A DNA stretch of 64,000 bases from an uncultured delta proteobacterium. GTDB lineage: Bacteria > Myxococcota > UBA727 > VGSZ01. Location of the stretch: positions 192,001-256,000 of the forward strand of contig CAVZJB010000003.1 in NCBI GenBank assembly GCA_963775425.1, written 5' to 3'. Below, piece after piece: positions 9,758-20,137 of the stretch; the stretch's first letter is position 1, and each line of letters starts with the position of its first letter. The notes under the pieces are model-generated. The model had not been told where the DNA came from. It saw only the letters and a program-made list of their open reading frames with translations, and ran no database searches. Made by a program: the position numbers and the translations under genes.

Positions 9758-11401
9758 ATGCCGCCCCCGCCTCCCGCAGCACCCGGCCTGGAAGCGTTGC
9801 TCGACGCGCTGCGCGCGGGCGCCGCCGGGCGCGTGGTCGTCGTCGGCGGCGGCCGCACCGGCGGCGCCGCCGCGCGGCTCCTGGCGCGGCTCGGGGGCGC
9901 GCCCACGGTGGTCGACGACGCGCCCGCCGAGAAGCTCCGCGAGGGCCTCATCAAGGCGGGCGTGGACGCCGCCGCGCTCGTCGACGGCGCGCCCGAGCCA
10001 GCGAGCGCCTCCGGCGTCTCCGGCATCGTCGGCGTCGTCGGCGGCGGCATCCCCGCCGCCGTCGTCGCCGGCGCCGACCTGCTCGTGCTCTCGCCCGGCG
10101 TCCCGCGCGCGCACCCGGCGGTGGCGCCGGCGCTGGCGAGCGTCCCGTGCGTGAACGAGGTGGAGCTCGCCGCAGGCGTCCTGGCCGCCCACGGCGTCGC
10201 GCCCGCGCTCATCGGCGTCACCGGCACCAACGGCAAGTCGACGACGACGACGATGTGCGGCGCCATCGCCCGCGCGTGGGATCCGAACGCGTTCGTGGGC
10301 GGGAACCTCGGGACGCCCTACTGCGCCTGCGCCCTCGACGTCCTCGACCACAAGCCCGCGCCCCGGGTCGCGGTGCTCGAGCTGTCGAGCTACCAGCTCG
10401 AGACCATCCAGATGCTCGCGCTCGACGCCGCCGTGGTGACGAACCTGTCGCCCGACCACCTCGACCGCTACCCGGACGCCGCCGCCTACTACGCCGCCAA
10501 GGCCCGCATCTTCGCCCTCGTGAAGCCCGGCGGCGGCGCCGCGCTCAACGCCGCCGACCCGGAGAGCCGCGCGCACCTCGCCGCCGCCGCCCAGGGCGTC
10601 GGCGCGCGCTGTGACTTCGATATTTCCATAGGAATCGAAGACGTCGCGTCGACGTCCTTGCGCGCCGGGTCCTCCGCGGAGCCCCCCGGGGCGATCGAGA
10701 TCGTCGCTGGGCCCCCGGCGCGCCTGCGGGTGCTGCCGCCCCTGGCCCACGCGCCCACCATGGTCCCGGCGCCGGCGGAGGGGGCGGGCGCGGTGCCGGT
10801 CATCGAGGTGACCCTCAAAAACCCGCACATCGTCGGCCACCACAACCGGCAAAACGCCGCCGCCGCCGTCGCCGGCGCGCTGCTCGCGGGGATCCCGCCC
10901 GCCGCGTGGCAGGCCGGCCTCGACGCGTACGCCGGGATCGCGCACCGGCTCGAGCGGGTCGGGGAGCACGCCGGCGTCGCCTGGTTCAACGACAGCAAGG
11001 GCACCAACGTCGACGCCACCGTCACGGCGGTGAAGAGCTTCGCCGGCGGCGTCCACCTCATCGCCGGTGGCCGCGGCAAAGGCACGCCGTACGCGCCCCT
11101 CGTCGACGTCAGCAAGGGCAGGGTCGCCGCCGTGTACACCATCGGCGAGGACGCGCAGAAGATCGGCGACGCCTACGCCGCCGCCGGCTTCAGCGTCGTC
11201 CCCTGCGGCACGCTCGACGTCGCCTGCGACAAGGCCGCGGCCGCGGCGAAGCCCGGCGAGGTCATCCTCTTGTCGCCGGCGTGCGCGTCGTTCGATCAGT
11301 TTCGTGACTACGCGCAGCGCGGCGAAGCGTTCCGCGCGGAATTCGAGCGGCGCCACGGCCGCGCCACGGCGGGAGCGCCGCCCGGAGGGAAGCCGCAATG
11401 A
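9758..11401 (+). CDS. murD: UDP-MurNAc-L-Ala:D-Glu ligase
   Basis: LSPGV, GTNGKSTT, GGNLG, ELSSYQLE, DHLDRY, HRLE, NDSKGTN, SPACASFDQF. Confidence 0.95.
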   Translation: MPPPPPAAPGLEALLDALRAGAAGRVVVVGGGRTGGAAARLLARLGGAPTVVDDAPAEKLREGLIKAGVDAAALVDGAPEPASASGVSGIVGVVGGGIPAAVVAGADLLVLSPGVPRAHPAVAPALASVPCVNEVELAAGVLAAHGVAPALIGVTGTNGKSTTTTMCGAIARAWDPNAFVGGNLGTPYCACALDVLDHKPAPRVAVLELSSYQLETIQMLALDAAVVTNLSPDHLDRYPDAAAYYAAKARIFALVKPGGGAALNAADPESRAHLAAAAQGVGARCDFDISIGIEDVASTSLRAGSSAEPPGAIEIVAGPPARLRVLPPLAHAPTMVPAPAEGAGAVPVIEVTLKNPHIVGHHNRQNAAAAVAGALLAGIPPAAWQAGLDAYAGIAHRLERVGEHAGVAWFNDSKGTNVDATVTAVKSFAGGVHLIAGGRGKGTPYAPLVDVSKGRVAAVYTIGEDAQKIGDAYAAAGFSVVPCGTLDVACDKAAAAAKPGEVILLSPACASFDQFRDYAQRGEAFRAEFERRHGRATAGAPPGGKPQ

Positions 11402-12573
11402 ACATCCTGCGCCCGCGCGTCGACGCGCCTTTGCTGTTCGCCGTGCTCACGCTGGTCGGGCTCGGCGTGGTGATGGTCGCCGCCAGCTCGCCGGTGCTCG
11501 CCGCCGCCAGCAACGGTGACGCGCTTTACTTCGTGAAGCGTCAAATCGCGTTCGCCGTCGCTGGCTCCTTCGCGCTCGTCGCCGGAGCCGCCGTGGCGCC
11601 GGCCGCGCTCGAGCGGCGTGCGCTGCCGCTCCTCGGCGTGGCGCTCCTGCTGCTCGTGCTCGTGCTCGTGCCCGGCATCGGCCACGTCGCCGGCGGCTCG
11701 CGGCGCTGGTTCCAGCTCGGGCCCGTGGGCCTCCAGGCCGGCGAGGTCGCCAAGCTCGCCGTCGTCGTCACGCTCGCGGCCTCGCTGTCCCGGCGCGCGC
11801 CGTCGACGGCGGCCAAGGTGTCGCGGCTGGTGGTCCCCGCGGTCGCCATGGCGCTGCTCCTCGGAGAGCCCGACTTCGGGACCGCGGTGCTGGTCGCCTC
11901 GGTGACCTTCGTGATGCTCTTCGTCGGCGGCGCGCGCGTGGGCGCGCTGGCGGGCATCGTGGCGCTGGCGGTACCCGCGGGCGTCGTCGTGGTGTCGACG
12001 AGCGCGTACCGCATGCGACGGGTGCTCGCCTTCCTCGACCCTTGGGCCCACCGGTACGACATCGGCTACCAGATCACCGAGTCGCTCATGACCGTGGGCT
12101 CGGGCGGCCTGTTCGGGCTCGGCCTCGGCGAGAGCAAGCAGAAGCTGTTCTTCCTGCCGGCGGCGCACACGGACTTCATCTTCGCCGTCATCGGCGAGGA
12201 GCTCGGCTTCCTCGGGGTGCTGCTCGTCCTCGTCTGCCTCGCGGTCATCGGCTGGCGGGCGATGAAGGCGGCGCTCAAGGCGCAGTCGGCGTTCTCGTCG
12301 CTGCTCATCGTGGGCCTGGCGTCCACCATCATCATCCAGGCGTCGTTCAACATCGCCGTGGCGCTCGGCCTCGTGCCCACCAAGGGCATCACGTTGCCGT
12401 TCGTGAGCTACGGCGGCTCGAGCCTCATCATGAGCATGCTGTGCGCGGGGTTGCTCCTGCGGGCCTGCGCCGACGCGCTCGCGCCGGCGGCGCCGGCGGC
12501 GGCGGAGGCCCGCCGTCCGATCACCGGGTCGTGGGCGCGGTTGCCGAAAGCGCCCGCGCTGGAGGGCTCATGA
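11398..12573 (+). CDS. ftsW: SEDS peptidoglycan polymerase FtsW
   Basis: Multi-TM; SRRW, EPDFGT, GYQ..S, LPAAHTDFIF, LPFVSYGGSS. Confidence 0.95.
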   Translation: MNILRPRVDAPLLFAVLTLVGLGVVMVAASSPVLAAASNGDALYFVKRQIAFAVAGSFALVAGAAVAPAALERRALPLLGVALLLLVLVLVPGIGHVAGGSRRWFQLGPVGLQAGEVAKLAVVVTLAASLSRRAPSTAAKVSRLVVPAVAMALLLGEPDFGTAVLVASVTFVMLFVGGARVGALAGIVALAVPAGVVVVSTSAYRMRRVLAFLDPWAHRYDIGYQITESLMTVGSGGLFGLGLGESKQKLFFLPAAHTDFIFAVIGEELGFLGVLLVLVCLAVIGWRAMKAALKAQSAFSSLLIVGLASTIIIQASFNIAVALGLVPTKGITLPFVSYGGSSLIMSMLCAGLLLRACADALAPAAPAAAEARRPITGSWARLPKAPALEGS

Positions 12574-13736
12574 GGCTCGTCATCGCAGGCGGCGGCACCG
12601 GCGGCCACCTGTTCCCCGGCATCGCCGTCGCCGAGTCCCTCCTCGCCATGGACGCCGGCAGCGAGGTGCTCTTCGTCGGCACCGAGCGCGGCATCGAGGC
12701 GCGCGCGGTGCCCAAGGCGGGCTTCGGGCTCGCGCTCATCGAGGTTGGCGGCCTCAAGCGGGTGGGCTTGAAGAAGCGCATCACCACGCTCTTGCAGCTC
12801 CCGGCGTCGCTGTTCGCGTCCAGGAAGATCCTCCGCGACTTCCGCGCCGACGCCGTGCTCGGCGTGGGCGGCTACGCCTCGGGCCCGGTGCTCGTCGCCG
12901 CGCGCACCCTCGGGCTGCCCACGGCCATCTGTGAGCAGAACTCGGTCCCCGGCGTCACCAACAAGATCCTCGCGAAGATCGTCGACAGGGTCTTTGTGAC
13001 GTTCGACGCGTCGCGCGCGTTCTTCCCGGCGAACAAGACGGTGCTCGTGGGAAACCCGGTGCGGCGCGCGTTCCTCGAGGCCGCCAAGCGGTCGGCGCCC
13101 GACGTCGAGCGCGGCCTGGTGTTCACGTTCGGCGGCTCGCAGGGCGCGCGCCCGTTGAACGACGGCGTGCCCCGGGCGCTCGCGCTCTTGAAGGAGCGCG
13201 GCCGCGACGTGCGCGCGCTTCACCAGGCCGGCAAGGACGCCGTGCCCGCCGTCGAGGCCGCCTACGCCGCCGCCGGCGTCGAGGCGGAGGTGACGCCGTT
13301 CATCGACGACATGGTGAGCGCGTACCGCAAAGCCCACGTCGTCATCTGCCGCGCGGGGGCCACGTCGTGCGCCGAGATCGGCGCGCTCGGCGTGCCGGCC
13401 ATCCTGGTGCCTTTCCCCCAGGCGGCGGACGACCACCAGAAAAAGAACGCGCGCGACCTCGAGAAGGCCGGCGGATGCGTGGTGCTGCCGCAGGCCGAGC
13501 TCACGCCGGAGCGCCTCGCCGACGAGCTCGAGAAGATCCTCGACGACGACGACCGCCGCGCCCGCCTCAGCGCCGGCGCCAAGGCCTGGGGGCGCATCGA
13601 CGCCGGCGACGTCGTGGCGCGTGGCGCGCTGTCGGGCTTCGCCCGCGCGGCGGTCGGCCACCTCGGGGCCGGCGGGGGGCGAGCCCCCGCGCCACGTCCA
13701 CGGGTCGCCGGGGCGACCGCGGGGAGGCGCGCGTGA
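12570..13736 (+). CDS. murG: Lipid II GlcNAc transferase
   Basis: [38 protein letters not shown]; ATG 12570 overlaps the ftsW stop. Confidence 0.96.
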   Translation: MRLVIAGGGTGGHLFPGIAVAESLLAMDAGSEVLFVGTERGIEARAVPKAGFGLALIEVGGLKRVGLKKRITTLLQLPASLFASRKILRDFRADAVLGVGGYASGPVLVAARTLGLPTAICEQNSVPGVTNKILAKIVDRVFVTFDASRAFFPANKTVLVGNPVRRAFLEAAKRSAPDVERGLVFTFGGSQGARPLNDGVPRALALLKERGRDVRALHQAGKDAVPAVEAAYAAAGVEAEVTPFIDDMVSAYRKAHVVICRAGATSCAEIGALGVPAILVPFPQAADDHQKKNARDLEKAGGCVVLPQAELTPERLADELEKILDDDDRRARLSAGAKAWGRIDAGDVVARGALSGFARAAVGHLGAGGGRAPAPRPRVAGATAGRRA

Positions 13737-15163
13737 CGCAGCTCTTTCGCGGGCGCGTGCGGCGCGTTCACCTCGTCGGCATCGGCGGCATCGGCATGAG
13801 CGGCATCGCCGAGGTGCTCCTCGCGCTCGGCTTCGAGGTGCATGGCTCGGACCTCAAGGCCGGCGACACCACGCGGCGCCTCGCCGCGCAGGGCGCCAAG
13901 ATCGCGTACGGGCACCGCGAGGACAACGTGGACAACGCCGACGTCGTCGTCATGTCCTCGGCGGTCCATCCCGACAATCCTGAGATCGTCAAAGCAACCC
14001 ACGAGGGCATCCCGGTCATCCCGCGCGCCGAGATGCTCGCGGAGCTGATGCGCCTCAAGCACGGCATCGCCGTCGCCGGCTCGCATGGCAAGACCACCAC
14101 GACGAGCCTCGTCGCCGCGGTCTTGAACGAGGGCGGCCTCGACCCCACCGTCATCATCGGCGGCAAGGTCAACCAGCTCGGCAGCAACGCCAAGGTCGGC
14201 AGCGGCGACGTCCTCGTGGCCGAGGCCGACGAGAGCGACGGCAGCTTCCTGAAGCTCACGCCCACCATCGCCGTGGTCACCAACCTCGACCTCGAGCACG
14301 TCGACCACTACACCGGCGGGCTGCCGGAGCTCCACGCGGCGTTCTCGAGCTTCGTGAACCGCGTGCCGTTCTACGGCCTCGCGGTCTTGTGCATCGACGA
14401 GGAGAACGTGCAGGCGCTCGTGCCCACGGTGAGCCGCCGCTTCGTCACCTACGGCCGCTCGCGCCAGGCGGACTACCGCGCGACGGCCGTCAGCCATGCC
14501 GGGCTCGCGTCGAGCTTCACCGTGGTGCGCCGGGGCGACGAGCTCGGCCGCCTCACGCTCAACCTGGCCGGCGACCACAACGTCTTGAACGCCCTCGCCG
14601 CCGTCGCCGTCGCCGACGAGCTCGCCATTCCCTTCGCCAGGACGGCGGCGGCCCTGCAGGCGTTCCAGGGCGTGCAGCGCCGCTTCACCCAGCGCGGCGA
14701 GGCGGGCGGCGTGCTCGTCATCGACGACTACGGGCACCACCCGGTGGAGATCCGCGCCACGCTCGCCGCGGCGCGCCAGGCCTACCCGGGGCGGCGCATC
14801 GTGGCGCTCTTCCAGCCGCACCGCTACACGCGCACCGCCGCCCTCAAGGACGAGTTCGGCCGCGCGTTCAACGACGCTGACGTCGTCGTGGTCGCCCCCG
14901 TGTACGCCGCCGGCGAGGCGCCCATCGAGGGCGCGTCCGGCGAGGCCGTGGCCGAGGCGCTCGCGCGCCATGGGCACCACGACGCCCACGCGGCCGCCAG
15001 CCTCGACGACGCCGTCGCGCGCGTCGCCGCCGTCCTTCAGCCCGGCGACGTGGTCATCACGCAGGGCGCCGGCGACGTGACCAACGCCGGCCCCGAGCTC
15101 TTGCGCCGCCTCGAGCCCGGCGACTCCACCCCTCCCGCGCCCGCCGGCGAGGGGGGCGCGTGA
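13733..15163 (+). CDS. murC: UDP-MurNAc:L-Ala ligase
   Basis: [45 protein letters not shown]; GTG 13733. Confidence 0.96.
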   Translation: MTQLFRGRVRRVHLVGIGGIGMSGIAEVLLALGFEVHGSDLKAGDTTRRLAAQGAKIAYGHREDNVDNADVVVMSSAVHPDNPEIVKATHEGIPVIPRAEMLAELMRLKHGIAVAGSHGKTTTTSLVAAVLNEGGLDPTVIIGGKVNQLGSNAKVGSGDVLVAEADESDGSFLKLTPTIAVVTNLDLEHVDHYTGGLPELHAAFSSFVNRVPFYGLAVLCIDEENVQALVPTVSRRFVTYGRSRQADYRATAVSHAGLASSFTVVRRGDELGRLTLNLAGDHNVLNALAAVAVADELAIPFARTAAALQAFQGVQRRFTQRGEAGGVLVIDDYGHHPVEIRATLAAARQAYPGRRIVALFQPHRYTRTAALKDEFGRAFNDADVVVVAPVYAAGEAPIEGASGEAVAEALARHGHHDAHAAASLDDAVARVAAVLQPGDVVITQGAGDVTNAGPELLRRLEPGDSTPPAPAGEGGA

Positions 15164-16080
15164 ACGCCGTCGCGCTCGACGACATGGCCGCCGCGCTCGG
15201 CGGCATCGAGCGCCAGCGCGACGCGCCGCTGTCGCGGCGGACCACCTTCGGCATCGGGGGCCCCGCGGACCTGCTCGTGGTCGCCCGCGAGGAGGACGAG
15301 GTGGTGCGCACCCTCGCGCTCGCCGAGGAGCGGGACCTCCCGGTGTTCGTCCTCGGCGGTGGGTCGAACCTGTTGGTCGGCGACAAGGGCATCCGCGGCG
15401 TGGTGCTCACGCTCTCGGGGACGCTCGCGTCGCTGCAGGTCCTCGAGGACGGCCGCGCCATCGACACCGGCGCCGGCGTCACCTACCCGCGCCTCACGCG
15501 CACGGCGCTCGACCTCGGCTGGCCGCCCGCCGTCGGTTGGATGGGGACGCCCGGGCAAGTGGGAGGCGCGCTCATCATGAACGCCGGCACGCGCCACGGC
15601 GAGATTGGCGACGTCGTCGTCGAGGTGCGCGCGGCCGGCGCCCAGGGTCCGTTGCGGCTCGACCACGCCGCGTGCGGCTTCGCGTATCGAAAAAGCGCAT
15701 TTCCTCCCCGGGCGGTATTGACGGGAACACTTCTTCGATGTGACAGTCATCGAACTGAAGAATCTGGAGCGCTCGACGCGATGGCCAAAGACCTCTTGCA
15801 CCGTCGCCACGCCTCGCAGCCGAAGCTCCGCAGCGCCGGGTCCATCTTCAAGAACCCGCCGGGCGACTTCGCCGGCCGCCTCATCGAGGCTGCGGGGCTC
15901 AAGGGCTTCCGTGTGGGCAACGCCCAGGTGAGCGACGTTCACGCCAACTTCGTCGTCAACGTGGGCGGCGCCAGCGCGGCCGACGTCGTCGCCGTCGCCA
16001 CGCACGCGCAGCGCGCCGTGCGCGAGCGGCTCGGCGTGGACCTCGAGTGGGAGGTTCGACGCGTGGGTGAGTTTGCGTGA
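15160..16080 (+). CDS. murB: UDP-N-acetylenolpyruvoylglucosamine reductase
   Basis: [40 protein letters not shown]. Confidence 0.95.
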   Translation: MNAVALDDMAAALGGIERQRDAPLSRRTTFGIGGPADLLVVAREEDEVVRTLALAEERDLPVFVLGGGSNLLVGDKGIRGVVLTLSGTLASLQVLEDGRAIDTGAGVTYPRLTRTALDLGWPPAVGWMGTPGQVGGALIMNAGTRHGEIGDVVVEVRAAGAQGPLRLDHAACGFAYRKSAFPPRAVLTGTLLRCDSHRTEESGALDAMAKDLLHRRHASQPKLRSAGSIFKNPPGDFAGRLIEAAGLKGFRVGNAQVSDVHANFVVNVGGASAADVVAVATHAQRAVRERLGVDLEWEVRRVGEFA

Positions 16081-17015
16081 AGCAGCCGCCCCGCCCCCGC
16101 ACGCCGCCCATCACCGGGTCGTGGCGCGTGCCGTCGCGTGACCCGCAGCGGCTCACCACCGACGTGCACACCAAGCGCCGCACGTCGTCGCTGCCGCGCC
16201 GGCTCCTGTGGGGACGCCTCGCGCGCGGCATGGCGCTGTTCGGGCTGGCGGTCCTCGCCGCCGTCGGCGTCGTGCAGGTGGCGTCGTGGGCGGAGAAGAC
16301 GCACGCGTTGCCGGTGCGCACCGTGGCCGTGCGCGCGGCGCCGGGGGCACCCGCCCTCGACGAGCAGCGGGCCGACGAGGTCCGCTCCTACGCAGGGGTC
16401 GTGAAGGGCCAGCCGCTGTTCTCCGTGGACCCCGACGCGGTCGCGGCGCGGGTGCTCGAGCACCCCTTCATCGCGTCCGCGGTCGTCCGCCGGGTGCCGC
16501 CGGACGGCGTCGAGATCACGGTGACGCCGCGCGCCCCCGTCGCTGCGCTCTCGGCCGCCGGCGCCGTCTACCTCGTCGACGCCCGCGGCGGCGTCATGAA
16601 GAGCGCCCGCGCGGGCGACGGCCTCGACCTGCCCGTGATCACCGGGCTCGCCGCCGCCGACGTCGCGTCCGGCGCGGCGGCGCCGGCGCTCTGTGGTGCC
16701 GTGGGCCTCCTGGCGGCGTTCGCGGCCGCGGGAGCGCCGGGTGGCCCCGCCGGTGAGGTGACCGCGCTGCCCGGCGGCGGCTTCGACCTCGTGCTCGAGG
16801 ACGGGACGCGGGTTCGCCTGGGGCGCGACAAGCTGGAGGACAAGGTCGCCCGCCTCGACGCCGTGGTGCGGCGCCTGCAGAGCGCGGGGCGGACGGCGAG
16901 CTTCATCTATTTGGACGACGACCGCAGGCCCGAGAGGGCGGCGGTTCGTCTCCGGCCAGAGCGCGAGAGCGCGACGGCTGGTGGAGACAATCAGATTCCG
17001 CGAGAGCGGGGTTAG
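16077..17015 (+). CDS. ftsQ: Cell division protein FtsQ/DivIB
   Basis: Single TM plus POTRA domain (LFSVD...HPFIASAVVRRVPP), DLPVITG; directly upstream of ftsA. Confidence 0.87.
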   Translation: MKQPPRPRTPPITGSWRVPSRDPQRLTTDVHTKRRTSSLPRRLLWGRLARGMALFGLAVLAAVGVVQVASWAEKTHALPVRTVAVRAAPGAPALDEQRADEVRSYAGVVKGQPLFSVDPDAVAARVLEHPFIASAVVRRVPPDGVEITVTPRAPVAALSAAGAVYLVDARGGVMKSARAGDGLDLPVITGLAAADVASGAAAPALCGAVGLLAAFAAAGAPGGPAGEVTALPGGGFDLVLEDGTRVRLGRDKLEDKVARLDAVVRRLQSAGRTASFIYLDDDRRPERAAVRLRPERESATAGGDNQIPRERG

Positions 17016-17058
17016 AGACAAGCGGCGCAGCGAGAGCGGCGTCGAGGGAGGCGTTTAC

Positions 17059-18303
17059 ATGGCCGGAAAACGAACAGTGAGGCGCGAGAACCTCGTGGTG
17101 GGCCTCGATATCGGCACCACGAAGATCTGCACCATCGTCGGAGAGGTGACGCCGGAGGGCATCGACATCGTCGGCATCGGGACGGCGCCGTCGAAGGGCC
17201 TGCGCAAGGGCTGCGTCATCAACATCGAGTCCACGGTGGGCTCGATCAAGCGGGCCGTGGAAGAGGCCGAGCTGATGGCGGGCTGCGAGATCCACTCGGT
17301 GTACGCCGGCATCGCCGGCGGCCACATCCGTGGCTTCAATAGCCATGGAATTGTCGCAGTCAAGGATCGCGAGGTGATGGAGGCGGACATCGAGCGGGTC
17401 ATCGACGCCGCCAAGGCCGTGGCCATCCCCGTGGACCGCGAGGTCATCCACATCCTGCCGCAGGAGTTCGTCATCGACGACCAGGACGGCATCCGCGAGC
17501 CGCTCGGCATGTCCGGCGTGCGCCTCGAGGCCAAGGTCCACATCGTCACCGGCGCCGTCACCAGCGCGCAGAACATCGTCAAGTGCGCCCAGAAGTGCGC
17601 GCTCAACGTGAGCGACATCGTGCTCGAGCAGCTCGCGTCGGCGCTGGCGGTGCTCTCGGAGGACGAAAAAGAGCTGGGCGTGGCCCTCGTCGACATCGGC
17701 GGCGGCACCACCGACATCGCCATCTTCCACGGGGGGAGCATCCAGCACACGAGCGTGGTGGCCATCGGCGGCCAGCACATGACCAACGACATCGCCGTGG
17801 GGCTGCGCACGCCCCAGGAGGAGGCGGAGACCGTGAAGAAGAGGTGGGGGTGTGCCTCCACCAGGATGATCAAGGCCGGAGAGACCATCGAGGTCCCCTC
17901 CATCGGCGGGAGGAAGTCGCGCGAGCTGTCGCGCCAGATCCTCGGGGACATCCTCGAGCCGCGGGTGGTGGAGATCTTCGAGCTGGTCCAGCGCGAGATT
18001 GAAAAGATGAAGCTCACCGAGCTCCTCGCCTCGGGCGTGGTGCTCACCGGCGGCTCTACGCTGTTGCCGGGCATGGTGGAGGTCGCCGAGGAGGTCATCG
18101 GCTTGCCGGTGCGCCTGGGCGTCCCGCAGAACATCGGCGGCCTCGTCGACGTCGTCAGGAGCCCCATGTACGCCACGGGCGTCGGCCTCCTGATGTACGG
18201 CGCGCAGCAGCTCAACGATCCGCGCCACTTCCGCGCTCGCGACGAGAACATCTACACGAAGGTGAAGAAGCGCATGAGCGCGTGGCTCGACGACGTCTTG
18301 TGA
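17059..18303 (+). CDS. ftsA: Cell division protein FtsA
   Basis: GLDIGTTKI, DIGGGTTD, GVVLTGG, C-terminal amphipathic helix; RBS GGGAGG upstream of ATG 17059. Confidence 0.97.
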   Translation: MAGKRTVRRENLVVGLDIGTTKICTIVGEVTPEGIDIVGIGTAPSKGLRKGCVINIESTVGSIKRAVEEAELMAGCEIHSVYAGIAGGHIRGFNSHGIVAVKDREVMEADIERVIDAAKAVAIPVDREVIHILPQEFVIDDQDGIREPLGMSGVRLEAKVHIVTGAVTSAQNIVKCAQKCALNVSDIVLEQLASALAVLSEDEKELGVALVDIGGGTTDIAIFHGGSIQHTSVVAIGGQHMTNDIAVGLRTPQEEAETVKKRWGCASTRMIKAGETIEVPSIGGRKSRELSRQILGDILEPRVVEIFELVQREIEKMKLTELLASGVVLTGGSTLLPGMVEVAEEVIGLPVRLGVPQNIGGLVDVVRSPMYATGVGLLMYGAQQLNDPRHFRARDENIYTKVKKRMSAWLDDVL

Positions 18304-18370
18304 CGTGCCCGCGCGGCTCGCCGGGAGCGGGCCCGTTCCCCCTTCCTTTCACACTTCACGGAGCTTCAAC

Positions 18371-19819
18371 ATGATCGAGTTCGAGGACAACAGCAGCAAG
18401 GGCCCCCGCATCAAGGTCGCCGGCGTCGGCGGCGGGGGCGGCAACGCCATCAACAACATGATCGACCGCGGCATCGCCGGCGTCGACTTTCTCGTCGCCA
18501 ACACCGACTGCCAGGCGCTCGAGATGTCCCACGCCCCGTCCAAGCTTCAGCTCGGCGCGGGCAGCACCAAGGGGCTCGGCGCCGGCGCCAAGCCCGACGT
18601 GGGCGCGTCGGCGGCCAAGGAGAGCATCGACCGCATCGAGGAGCTGCTCCACGGCGCCGACATGGTGTTCGTGGCCGCGGGCATGGGCGGCGGCACCGGC
18701 ACCGGCGCCGCGCCCATCATCGCCGACGTGGCGCGCCGCCAGGGCGCGCTCACGGTGGGCGTGGTGACCAAGCCGTTCACCTTCGAGGGCAACCGGAGGA
18801 AGAAGCAGGCGGAGCGCGGCATCGAGGCGCTCAAGCAGGCGGTGGACACGCTCATCATCGTTCCCAACGACCGCCTCTTGCAGCTCTGCTCGACGGAGAC
18901 GTCGATGCTCGACGCGTTCAAGATGGCCGACCAGGTCCTCTTCAACGCGGTGAAGGGCATCTCGGACATCATCACGCAGCAAGGCGTCATCAACGTCGAC
19001 TTCGCCGACGCCGTGAGCGTGATGAGCGCGCAGGGGCTGGCGCTCATGGGCATCGGCCGGGGCAACGGTGAGAAGCGGGCGCTGGACGCCGCGCACGCCG
19101 CCATCTCGAGCCCGCTCCTCGAGGAGGTCTCCGTCGACGGCGCCACCGGCATCCTGGTGAACGTCACCGGCGGCCCCACGCTGACGCTGCACGAGGTGAA
19201 CGCGGCCATCGCGCTCATCACCGACGCGGCGCACGAGGACGCGAACATCATCTTCGGCTACGTCGTCGACGAGGCCATGGGCGAGGACGTGGCCATCACC
19301 GTCATCGCCACGGGCTTCGAGAAGATGCGGCGCGAGGGCGAGCACAATAGCGCCAACGTGGCGGCGTCGCCGCCGGCGGCGCAGCAGCGCGTCGACGCCG
19401 ACGTCCCGACCTACATCCGAAACGGGTGGCGCGACGGCAAGCAGATGGGCCGCGGGGCGCTCCCGCAGGCCGAGCTGCCCATGCCCATGCCCGAGCAGCA
19501 GGTGACGGACCCGGGGAGCGCGCGCTTCGAGGAGGTGCAGCCCGAAGCCGCGCCCGTCGAGCCCGAGCCGTACGACGAGCAGCCGCAGGCGCGCCGGCCC
19601 AACAGCAGCCTCGAGCCCGTGCCCTCGGCGCTCGTGGCGCAGGCGCCCGCGCCGGCGCCCACGCCGCGCCGCGGGATCATGGTCCTGCCGCCGGTGGAGG
19701 ACGCGGTGCCGCGCCACAAGCGGAGCGTCCACCGCGAGGCGGCGCTCGCCATGAGCTCCGCGCTCGGCGAGGACGACGAGTACGACATCCCCGCGTTCCT
19801 GCGCCGGAACGCCGAATAG
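18371..19819 (+). CDS. ftsZ: Cell division protein FtsZ
   Basis: GVGGGGGNA, GMGGGTGTG, NVDFAD, long linker, C-terminal DIPAFLRR. Confidence 0.98.
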   Translation: MIEFEDNSSKGPRIKVAGVGGGGGNAINNMIDRGIAGVDFLVANTDCQALEMSHAPSKLQLGAGSTKGLGAGAKPDVGASAAKESIDRIEELLHGADMVFVAAGMGGGTGTGAAPIIADVARRQGALTVGVVTKPFTFEGNRRKKQAERGIEALKQAVDTLIIVPNDRLLQLCSTETSMLDAFKMADQVLFNAVKGISDIITQQGVINVDFADAVSVMSAQGLALMGIGRGNGEKRALDAAHAAISSPLLEEVSVDGATGILVNVTGGPTLTLHEVNAAIALITDAAHEDANIIFGYVVDEAMGEDVAITVIATGFEKMRREGEHNSANVAASPPAAQQRVDADVPTYIRNGWRDGKQMGRGALPQAELPMPMPEQQVTDPGSARFEEVQPEAAPVEPEPYDEQPQARRPNSSLEPVPSALVAQAPAPAPTPRRGIMVLPPVEDAVPRHKRSVHREAALAMSSALGEDDEYDIPAFLRRNAE

Positions 19820-19837
19820 CTCAGGCACCCCTGCGGT

Positions 19838-19891
19838 TCCGTCGCGGCGGAGCGCTCCCTGGTGAGCGCTCCGCTGCGACGGACCTTTTTT
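19838..19891 (+). terminator. Rho-independent terminator after ftsZ
   Basis: 20-bp stem TCCGTCGCGGCGGAGCGCTC / GAGCGCTCCGCTGCGACGGA (one G-U pair), 6-nt loop, then CC and T6. Confidence 0.85.
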
Positions 19892-20137
19892 GGGCTACGC
19901 ACGTGACCTTCGCGCTGCCACGAACGCGTGCCTCAATGGAACTTGTCGAGCATCCCGCCGAGATGGATCCGTGTGTTCTCGTGATGCATCCGGCGCCTGC
20001 TGCAACTTCGAGACCGCTGCCCGCCGACCGACGCCCCGTGACCAGCGATGGGCCGTCGCCCGGCGCCCGAAGCCCGTCGCCCGAGGCCGACGCCCGAAGG
20101 CCGCGCCCGCGCAAACCGATCTCCGTGAACCGACTCT

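Noticed and set aside
19892-20137. Small ORF or ncRNA between the ftsZ terminator and the convergent gene
   Set aside because: Candidate ORFs overlap neighbours and have atypical codons; no recognisable RNA motif
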